Below, in pieces: positions 8,039 through 15,645 of a DNA stretch of 32,000 nt. Each line of letters begins with the position of its first letter. Position 1 is the stretch's first letter. The stretch is from Rubeoparvulum massiliense (GTDB lineage: Bacteria > Bacillota > Bacilli > Rubeoparvulales > Rubeoparvulaceae). The translations under genes were made by a program, and so were the position numbers. The stretch lies in assembly GCF_001049895.1 (NCBI RefSeq), contig NZ_CVPE01000006.1, positions 176,441-208,440 on the forward strand, in the 5' to 3' direction. The notes under the pieces are model-generated. The model saw only the letters and a program-made list of their open reading frames with translations. It was not told the DNA's origin and did no database searches.

Positions 8039-10185
8039 GCTCAGAAGCGATGAAGCAAGTTTGGCGTGTACAGGGTTACTCCTGAGCAGACTGTGCTGCT
8101 CAGTTTGAGCAGAATGTGAAGAGGATTCCAGGTGTTGTCGATGCGAAAGTGAACTTTGCTGCAGCGAAAATAACTGTCTGGGGTGAGGTTAGTCGTGAAG
8201 CAGTGGAGGAAGCTGGTGCCTTTGAAAGCTTAAAACTGATGGAGGAGCAGGCCACCTTCACTGACCAGAAGGTTCCTATTTGGAAACGTCCTACCTTCTA
8301 CCAGGTGGTGGGGAGTGGACTCTCGCTCATCCTAGGTTGGTGGACACTGCTTACTGATGTGGAGGAAATCTGGCCTACCTTCTTCTTCGTCTTTACCATT
8401 ATTTTGGGCGGATATGCGCTAATTTGGCGCGGGTTAACGAACCTGACACGCCTCCGCTTTGACATGAGTACATTGATGACGGTTGCTATTCTTGGTGCTG
8501 GTGCATTAGGAGAATGGGGAGAAGGAGCGACCCTCGTCTTTCTCTTTGCCATCAGTGAATGGCTTGAGCGTATCTCCATGGATCAGGCCCGCTCCTCGTT
8601 GCGTAATCTACTGGAGTTGGTGCCACCCGTTGCCCAAGTGATACAAGGAGATGAAGTGATTGCTACCCCTGTTGCGGAAGTGCACCCTGGCGCACGCTTA
8701 TTAGTTCGTCCAGGGGAACAGATTCCCCTAGATGGCATCGTTGTGAAAGGTCTCTCAGCGGTGAATCAAGCGGCCATTACAGGGGAAGCGGTTCCAGAGC
8801 AGAAGCAGCCTGGCGATCCAGTCTATGCTGGTACCTTGAATGGTGATGGCTTGCTCGAGGTAGAAGTGACGAAGGAAGCAGAGGAGAGCACCTTAGCCCA
8901 GGTGATTCAGCTAGTAGAAGAAGCACAGGAGAAGAAGGCACCTGCTCAACAGCTGGTAGATCGCTTTGCCCGCTATTATACCCCCTTGATTATCGCCATC
9001 GCTGGGGCGGTAGCCATTCTGCCTCCACTCTTGGTAGGTCAGGATTGGCAGGCTTGGATCTACCGTGGTCTAGCCATTCTCGTGGTAGGCTGCCCTTGCG
9101 CCTTAGTGATTTCTACACCGGTTGCCATCGTCACAGCTGTTGGCAATGCAGCACGTAATGGTGTACTCATTAAAGGCGGTGCCTATCTTGAAGAGGTGGG
9201 GCGACTCACCACCATCGCCTTCGATAAAACAGGCACCCTAACCCAAGGTAAGCCGCAGGTTACCGATGTGATTCCCCTTGCCGCAGGAGTGGGAGGATCT
9301 GATCTACTTCTCCTTGCCCATCAGCTAGAGGAAGGCTCCAATCATCCATTGGCCACAGCCATTCATCAAGCGGTGGAGGATGGCAAGCTAAAGGGATCCC
9401 CACAACGAGAGCTCATGGAATTTCGAAATCTCCCTGGGAAAGGGATTACCGCCACCATTGCAGGGAAGTCGTACCGCTTGGGACAGAGTAATTGGCTGCT
9501 TTATGAGGAGAAGGTACAATATACGCCTGTCGTGGAGGAATGGATTGAACGCCTTGAGCAGGCAGGCAAAACGGTGATGCTCTTAGCTGATGAGGGGCAG
9601 ATTCTTGGAGTCCTTGCAGCACGTGATGAGCTACGGCCAGAGATCCCCCATGTGGTTCGGACTTTGAAGGAGCTGGGCTTGAAGCATACGGTGATGCTAA
9701 CAGGGGATCATCAACAAACAGCCGTAACCTTGGGAGCTGAAGCAGGCATCGATCAGGTTCAAGCACAGCTCTTACCAGAGGAGAAGCTACGCTATATTGA
9801 GGAACTTGCTCAGCAGGAGCGCGTTGCCATGGTAGGCGATGGCATCAATGATGCGCCGGCGCTGGCTCGCGCCCATGTAGGTATCGCTATGGGTGGCATT
9901 GGTACTGCTGCTGCCATGGAATCGGCACAGATCATTTTGATGGCTGATGATTTACAAAAGCTGCCCTTTACCGTTCGCTTAAGCAGAAGAACCCTGCGGA
10001 TTATTCGCGAGAATATTACAGTGGCGTTGGGATTAAAGCTATTCGCACTCATCTTGATCATCCCAGGTTGGCTGACACTCTGGATGGCCATTTTTGCCGA
10101 TATGGGGGCTACCTTATTGGTGACATTGAATGCATTGCGTCTGCTCCGTGTGAAGAACCACGAAGTGTGCAGAACTGCTGAGTAG
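8035..10185 (+). CDS. cadA: CadA-like heavy-metal-translocating P1B-type ATPase; putative selenoprotein with in-frame UGA at 8083-8085
   Basis: ATG at 8035 overlaps the upstream stop (ATGA) with RBS AAGGAGG at 8021. Read-through gives MSSEAMKQVWRVQGYS-U-ADCAAQFEQNVKRIPGVVDAKVNFAAAKITVWGEV..., aligning UGA with the first Cys of CadA CxxC. Downstream: GCPCALVIS, DKTGTLT and GDGINDAPALARAHVGIAMG all intact. Confidence 0.75.
8083..8116 (+). promoter_or_regulatory. candidate bacterial SECIS element (UGA plus downstream hairpin)
   Basis: UGA at 8083-8085. Perfect 7-bp stem CUGCUCA (8096-8102) / UGAGCAG (8106-8112) around apical loop GUU (8103-8105), with loop G 17 nt after the UGA. The stem can extend via U94-A114, G93-U115, U92-G116 after one mismatch. 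Confidence 0.6.
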
Positions 10186-10223
10186 GAGAAAGTGAAGAAA
10201 CTTCATATCATAAAACAACGAAG

Positions 10224-10264
10224 ACGGCACTGTTTCTCCCTTAAAAATAGAGAAACAGCGCCGT
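10224..10264. terminator. intrinsic terminator between cadA and the DUF378 gene
   Basis: ACGGCACTGTTTCTC ... GAGAAACAGCGCCGT near-perfect 15-bp stem followed by TTTAGTTT, between convergent genes. Confidence 0.8.
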
Positions 10265-10344
10265 TTAGTTTATCTGATCCTACTCTTCGTTATTTTGAAC
10301 ATGGTTGTTTTGAACACGACATCAATGCTACATCATCATGTCTG

Positions 10345-10548
10345 TTATGCTGTTCTCTCAGGTTGGCGATCGCGAAAGAAGAGCGAGATGGCATAGAGGG
10401 CCGAGATACCAACTATTGCATAGATAATCCGACTGATCAATCCCGATTGCCCACCGAAGAGCGCAGCGACTAAATCATATTGAAAGAATCCGATTAAACC
10501 CCAGTTGATTCCACCAATTATAACCATTGCAAGTGCAAATTTTTCCAC
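10345..10548 (-). CDS. DUF378 family small membrane protein
   Basis: 'FALAMVIIGGINWGLIGFFQYDLVAALFGG...RIIYAIVGISALYAI' is characteristic of DUF378. Confidence 0.9.
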   Translation of the reverse strand: MEKFALAMVIIGGINWGLIGFFQYDLVAALFGGQSGLISRIIYAIVGISALYAISLFFRDRQPERTA

Positions 10549-10634
10549 AGTAATGAACCTCCCTTTTTATCAGTACTTAATCTTATTGTGGTACTTTAAA
10601 GGGAGTTTTATACATGGAGTCAACGGAAGTGGTA

Positions 10635-11069
10635 TCATTCCAATTGGACTGGAGTTTTACGAGGATCATCAAGCCAGTAGCGCAGGTAAATGAGATGATC
10701 CGTCGCTTCTTCCAGTAGGATTTCTCCAGATGGTGCGATCCATTGCTCCATCTCACGAAAGGTCTCAACCATATACTCATCGGTCTGGGATTGCTCCACC
10801 ACGACCCAAGAGAATTGCTGTTGTACGGAAGGTGATGGCTGATAGGAAAGCTCACCCTCTAAATATTGGGTAATAGGGATCGTCCGGGCATTATCTACAT
10901 AGGGAAGGTGCCGAATTATTTGGGGGATGGTAAAGGAGCAAAACAGGACGAGACAGCTCATCAGGTAGATGATCAGGAGTTTTTCTAAGGGATGCTTTAG
11001 CGTACCTTGAGAAGCGGTTACTTCATCCATCAAATGATGCTGCTGTTCTTCTAATTGTTCCGGTGACAT
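10635..11069 (-). CDS. hypothetical protein with one TM segment
   Basis: 144-codon ORF, one hydrophobic helix (LLIIYLMSCLVLFCSFTI). No recognised family. Confidence 0.65.
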   Translation of the reverse strand: MSPEQLEEQQHHLMDEVTASQGTLKHPLEKLLIIYLMSCLVLFCSFTIPQIIRHLPYVDNARTIPITQYLEGELSYQPSPSVQQQFSWVVVEQSQTDEYMVETFREMEQWIAPSGEILLEEATDHLIYLRYWLDDPRKTPVQLE

Positions 11070-11172
11070 GCTTATCCCTCCTCGCTACATTGTATGGATT
11101 TGTCCCTTTAATTATGATTAAATGGAATGGAAGTAATACGCATTGGTTGAATGCAGATTGGGAGGAATGAAG

Positions 11173-11694
11173 ATGAGTGTAAGTGAACATAAAAAGGAAG
11201 CACCTACCACGGTTCAATGTGCCATCATCACGGTGAGTGATACAAGAACTGAGGAAACGGATAAAAGCGGACAATTGATCAAAGCTTTATTAAATGAAGC
11301 CGGGCACACCGTAGTGGCGTATCATATCATGAAGGATGATTATGAAGGAATTCAGCGCCTTCTTCAAGAATTGGTACATCATGAGAAGGTGGAAGCCATC
11401 CTTCTCAATGGCGGAACAGGTATTGCACTCCGTGATACTACATATGAGGCGGTAAAAGACCTCTTGGTGAAGGAGTTACCTGGTTTTGGTGAAATCTTCC
11501 GCTACCTTAGCTTTACAGAGGATATTGGAACTGCAGCCATACTTTCCCGAGCCATCGCTGGCGTCTACAACAATCGTGCCATTTTCTCCATGCCTGGTTC
11601 ATCTGGAGCAGTCCGTTTAGCGATGGAGCGCATCATTCTACCAGAACTTGGTCATGTGATGCGGGAGATTAATAAAGACCTAGCTCGTCATTAA
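11173..11694 (+). CDS. moaB: molybdenum cofactor biosynthesis protein B family
   Basis: 'CAIITVSDTRTEETDKSGQLI', 'LLNGGTGIALRDTTYEAV', 'IFSMPGSSGAVRLAMERIILPELGH'. GGAGGA RBS at 11161. Confidence 0.9.
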   Translation: MSVSEHKKEAPTTVQCAIITVSDTRTEETDKSGQLIKALLNEAGHTVVAYHIMKDDYEGIQRLLQELVHHEKVEAILLNGGTGIALRDTTYEAVKDLLVKELPGFGEIFRYLSFTEDIGTAAILSRAIAGVYNNRAIFSMPGSSGAVRLAMERIILPELGHVMREINKDLARH

Positions 11695-11731
11695 GCGGTG
11701 AATTATTTAGTTATGGGGAGGATGTGTTAGC

Positions 11732-12199
11732 TTGCAAAGGAATTCTGCTTTGCTCGGAATCTTTCTAATTGCCCTTGGAGGCTTATTCCTACTGGTTCAA
11801 CTAGGGTTTCAAATTTCCATGGAGTTTGTCTGGCCTTTATTTATTTTAATTCCCGGTATTCTCTTTCATCTAGCCTATTTTGCAGGGTGGATCCGTTCAG
11901 CAGGACTTTTAATTCCTGGAGGGATTTTAACCACCTATGGGATACTGTTCTACTACTGTATTATTTTTGGCTGGGAAACCATGGCATATATGTGGCCCTT
12001 CTTCATCATGGGGGTTGCTATTGGTTTGCTGGAATTCGGTCTTGCTGATCAGCGGCAGCCTGGTGTTCTCATCGCTGCAGGCATTATTGGGATCATTGGC
12101 TTACTCAACTTTTTGATCTCTGTGATGATGGGTGCCTTTAGCTATATTCTTGCTGTATTGTTTATTTTGGTGGGGATCTGGCTACTCATGCGCCGTTAG
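11732..12199 (+). CDS. LiaF-like/DUF5668 transmembrane protein
   Basis: Four hydrophobic helices with 'LGIFLIALGGLFLLVQLGF...VWPLFILIPGILFH...YMWPFFIMGVAIG'. Confidence 0.6.
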   Translation: MQRNSALLGIFLIALGGLFLLVQLGFQISMEFVWPLFILIPGILFHLAYFAGWIRSAGLLIPGGILTTYGILFYYCIIFGWETMAYMWPFFIMGVAIGLLEFGLADQRQPGVLIAAGIIGIIGLLNFLISVMMGAFSYILAVLFILVGIWLLMRR

Positions 12200-12374
12200 T
12201 GATCAATTACGTGATGATAAGCATGCTCGTGACAAGATAATCAATATGATGAGAGGCAGCATTCTGCAAAAGGAGTGTTGCCTTTTCTTAACCATCCCAT
12301 TGAACCCCATAATTCGTTTAGTTTAGCCAAGACGAGGCATACTAGATGAAAAGGTTAAGAAAGGATGGTCAACC

Positions 12375-12779
12375 ATGCTTCGACAACGCACTCAACGAGT
12401 TGTAGGTCATTTCATGATAGTCATTCTATTCGCATCTTTGTTATTATGGATACAGGCATTGCCTACTGTGCATGTATCGGCTCAATCATTGGCAGAACAA
12501 AAGAAGACCATTCAGGTGATCCATCACGTACGTAATTCGAATCTCTATTTGGAGTTTCGTACACGGGATGTTCAGCTTACATCACCAGCCCATCGTAATA
12601 CCAAAGGGACTGGTTATATTCAGCTTTACCTTGATGGTCAGCCCTATACGCAAATTTATCGGGCAGCCTATGTATTGAAGCAGCTTCCAAAAGGGGAGCA
12701 TACGGTACAGTTAGAGCTACGCTCCCATGGTCATGAGCCTCTAGGATGGCGTAACCATTTTAAGATCATGGTACCTTGA
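12375..12779 (+). CDS. hypothetical secreted/anchored protein
   Basis: N-terminal signal-like segment 'FMIVILFASLLLWIQALPTVHVSAQS' and a beta-rich C-terminal region. Confidence 0.6.
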   Translation: MLRQRTQRVVGHFMIVILFASLLLWIQALPTVHVSAQSLAEQKKTIQVIHHVRNSNLYLEFRTRDVQLTSPAHRNTKGTGYIQLYLDGQPYTQIYRAAYVLKQLPKGEHTVQLELRSHGHEPLGWRNHFKIMVP

Positions 12780-12836
12780 AGAATTCTGTAAAAGAATTTC
12801 AAGGTAAAAAATAGAATGGAAGAGGAGGGGACAAGG

Positions 12837-13295
12837 ATGGTAGCTCACAGCATTTATGATACAATCTTCTACGACCGTTCAGTGGAATTGGCGGATATGC
12901 TGGTTAATTCCGCAATCGCCCATGAATATCACGAAGCGAAGCAGGCCCTTGCCCTGGATCAGGTCGCACAGGAAGCGATTCATCGCTTTCAGCATGCCAA
13001 GGAGGAGTACGAGGAAGCGCAACGCTTTGGCAAGTATCATCCCGATTATCAACAGTATCGTCAGACGGTACTAGAGCGGAAGCGGGAGTTGGATCTTCTA
13101 CCAACGGTGGTACAGATGAAGCGAGTGGAGCGAGAACTGGAGCAGCTTCTCTATGAAATTGCTTATCTTCTATCCCGTAGCATCTCAACAACCATTAAGG
13201 TACCGAGCGATGATCCCATTCTCAACCTGCAGGGATCGGCAGGCTGCGGCGGAAGTTGTGCAAGTGGAGGATGTACAACCTGTGGAAATCATTAA
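12837..13295 (+). CDS. ylbF: YlbF family protein (RicF-like) with Cys-rich C-terminus
   Basis: 'HSIYDTIFYDRSVELADMLVNSAIAHEYHEAKQAL...' YlbF/YmcA-type helical protein; C-terminus GCGGSCASGGCTTCGNH. Next to YlbG. Start near 12837-12840 is approximate. Confidence 0.8.
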   Translation: MVAHSIYDTIFYDRSVELADMLVNSAIAHEYHEAKQALALDQVAQEAIHRFQHAKEEYEEAQRFGKYHPDYQQYRQTVLERKRELDLLPTVVQMKRVERELEQLLYEIAYLLSRSISTTIKVPSDDPILNLQGSAGCGGSCASGGCTTCGNH

Positions 13296-13369
13296 GCAGA
13301 ACATCATTTTCCCTTGCTTAGCTTGGACACCAATGATAAAATCAAATACATCATCGTTTTTCGAGAGAG

Positions 13370-13660
13370 GTGTTTAGGATGTTTCGAAAACGAATCGGTG
13401 TAGCCGTCTATATTGACCACTTACGATCAGCCAAACGCTTACGTCGCTTCGGACATATTCACTATGTTTCTAAACGTCTTCTCTATGTCGTCATGTATAT
13501 CGACCACGAGACTGCAGAACAGGCCATTGAAGAGCTAAAACAATTACCTTTTGTGAAGGATGTATTGCTCTCACACCGTCATGAAATGACTACTGAATAC
13601 ACGAATCTTCGAGACAAAGCGAAAGAGTATGATTATGGAGTGCTACAATCCAAGGCATAA
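13370..13660 (+). CDS. ylbG: YlbG family (DUF2129) protein
   Basis: 'RIGVAVYIDHLRSAKRLRRFGHIHYVSKRLLYVVMYIDHETAEQAIEELKQLPFVKDVLLSHR' DUF2129-like; adjacent to ylbF as in Bacillus. Confidence 0.85.
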   Translation: MFRMFRKRIGVAVYIDHLRSAKRLRRFGHIHYVSKRLLYVVMYIDHETAEQAIEELKQLPFVKDVLLSHRHEMTTEYTNLRDKAKEYDYGVLQSKA

Positions 13661-13765
13661 TCAGGAACGGTCTGTTCCTGATTTTTTGTTAATTTATACT
13701 TAGAGTCCCGAAATATATAAAAACAAAGAGTTTAATGAGCAAATGGGAGCAGGAGGGTCAATTGT

Positions 13766-14974
13766 ATGCCCCAGTGGAGAAGAAATATTTATATTCTTTT
13801 ATTTGCACAGTTTCTTGTCATGAGTTCTATGTCGCTGGTGATGCCATTCCTACCACTCTATATTCAAGAGATGGGAGTAGCCCAAGATAAAGTGGCCTTT
13901 TGGGCAGGGTGGATCTTTGGGATCAACTTTCTCTCTTCTTTCATTGTCTCACCCATCTGGGGTAATCTTGCAGATCGCTATGGTCGGAAGGTGATGGTAC
14001 TACGGTCCGGTTTTGGTATGGCCATTATTACGGGCTTAATGGGTGCTGCTAGCAATGTTTGGCAGCTTCTGATTCTTCGTCTCTTTAATGGGATGATTTC
14101 AGGCTTTATCCCTGCATCCATCGCACTGGTAGCAGCGACGACACCAAAGAGTCAGATCGGGTACGCCATGGGCTTATTACAGGCAGGTGGCGTAGCAGGG
14201 AGTATTCTCGGTCCTTTTATTGGTGGTGTACTGGCCACATGGATTGGCTTCCGTGAGATCTTCTATATCACAGGCTTTTTGCTCTTTATGGCTGCTTTAC
14301 TGGTACTTTTCTTAGTGAAAGAGGAGAATAAGCCTAATCCGAAGGATCATCCCCGTGGGCAATTTATTCAGAATTACAAACGGGTGCTACAAACCCCATA
14401 TATTTTACCGCTCTTTTTCATCGGTTTCATGATTCAATTTGCCACCTTGCTCAGTCTACCCCTGATCTCCCTCTATGTTCAGGAGCTGATGCCTACCAGT
14501 GACAAGATTGAATTATTTGCTGGAATTACCGCAGCAGTGATGGGTTTCTCCAATATGCTATTTGCCCCGATTCTTGGGCGCTGGGGAGACCGCCATGGCT
14601 CACAGAAGATCTTATTCTATTCTGTGCTTGGTGCAGCAGTGGCCTTTATTCCTCATGCCTTTGTAGTGAATATCTGGCAACTTCTTATCTTGCGTTTCCT
14701 CTTAGGAATGTGTGTGGGCGGCTTACTGCCTTCTCTTAATAGTCTGGTCAAAAAATATGCCAATAAGGATCTGGAGAGCTTGACCTATGGCTTTAGCAAT
14801 AGCTCTGTGGCATTGGGGAACTTTCTAGGACCGATTATCGGGGGATACCTTGTAGGCTTGATAAGCCTGCGTGGACTCTTTATCATGGCTTCCATACTGC
14901 TCTTCATTACCTGGTTATGGATGAAGAGGATGTTTGCGAGGGAAGACACCCATGAGATGTTGAATAATTTGTAA
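13766..14974 (+). CDS. MFS transporter, multidrug efflux-like
   Basis: 12-TM profile, 'GNLADRYGRKVMVLRSGFG' and 'GRWGDRHGSQKI' MFS loops, AGGAGG RBS upstream. Confidence 0.9.
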   Translation: MPQWRRNIYILLFAQFLVMSSMSLVMPFLPLYIQEMGVAQDKVAFWAGWIFGINFLSSFIVSPIWGNLADRYGRKVMVLRSGFGMAIITGLMGAASNVWQLLILRLFNGMISGFIPASIALVAATTPKSQIGYAMGLLQAGGVAGSILGPFIGGVLATWIGFREIFYITGFLLFMAALLVLFLVKEENKPNPKDHPRGQFIQNYKRVLQTPYILPLFFIGFMIQFATLLSLPLISLYVQELMPTSDKIELFAGITAAVMGFSNMLFAPILGRWGDRHGSQKILFYSVLGAAVAFIPHAFVVNIWQLLILRFLLGMCVGGLLPSLNSLVKKYANKDLESLTYGFSNSSVALGNFLGPIIGGYLVGLISLRGLFIMASILLFITWLWMKRMFAREDTHEMLNNL

Positions 14975-15050
14975 CAATTGCTTTACGATTATTCTGTCTT
15001 TGTTAAATTCTGTCTGCTATAATATGGATAAAAGAAATGGAGGGATCGCC

Positions 15051-15491
15051 ATGTTTAAAAAAATCTTAGTGGCTATTGATGGATCAAATCAGGGGAATAA
15101 AGCGTTGGATTCTGCCATCGCTATTGCTCAAGGTGCTGAGGGTGAGCTACATATTATGCACGTGATCAAGAATGATATGGTTCCTAGCTATGTGTTAGCA
15201 GAATTGTCTACCATCAGCTTTCAGGTCGACTTTATTGAGGTAGCACGGAAACATGGAGATACCATCCTTGAGTTGGCTGCGGAAAAAGCGAAACAGGCAA
15301 AGCTCACCACCTATACCCATCTGCTAGAAGGTGATCCCGCACGGATGATTAGTTCCTTCGCTGAGGAGCATGATATGGATTTAATTGTTTTAGGAAGCAG
15401 AGGACTTACACAGATGAAGGAATGGATGCTTGGTAGCGTAAGTCATCGCGTTTCCCAATATGCAGAGAAGCCGATTCTCATCGTTAAATAA
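15051..15491 (+). CDS. universal stress protein (UspA family)
   Basis: 'MFKKILVAIDGSNQGNKALDSAIAIAQ...LIVLGSRGLTQMKEWMLGSVSHRVSQYAEKPILIVK'. Promoter -10 TATAAT at 15018-15023. Confidence 0.95.
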   Translation: MFKKILVAIDGSNQGNKALDSAIAIAQGAEGELHIMHVIKNDMVPSYVLAELSTISFQVDFIEVARKHGDTILELAAEKAKQAKLTTYTHLLEGDPARMISSFAEEHDMDLIVLGSRGLTQMKEWMLGSVSHRVSQYAEKPILIVK

Positions 15492-15530
15492 GTAAAATCA
15501 GTAAAACTTGTAGAACTGGATTCGATGATC

Positions 15531-15560
15531 GAGAGCTCTTTTTGAGCTCTCTTTTGTTTT
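15531..15560 (+). terminator. intrinsic terminator after uspA
   Basis: GAGAGCTC-TTTTT-GAGCTCTC followed by TTTTGTTTTT. Confidence 0.9.
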
Positions 15561-15645
15561 TGTGTGATATGATAAAGTAGACTTGGTTCAGGTGAAGGTA
15601 TTCGTGACGCGTCTGAGATAAAAAGTGATATTTACATAGAGTAGG

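Noticed and set aside
9446-10091. Antisense ORFs overlapping cadA (106 aa and 93 aa)
   Set aside because: Low-complexity shadow ORFs opposite a strongly conserved gene, with no RBS or family similarity. The same applies to other antisense ORFs in the track, such as 6379-7331, 23378-23674, 26324-26515 and 28446-28927.
8116-10185. Annotating cadA as a naturally short ATPase starting at GTG 8116, or as a simple pseudogene
   Set aside because: The coupled ATGA start and RBS at 8021-8037, perfect family colinearity on both sides of the UGA, and 689 further intact codons fit a recoded codon better. It is kept as the null hypothesis, since sequencing error or nonsense mutation cannot be excluded from sequence alone.
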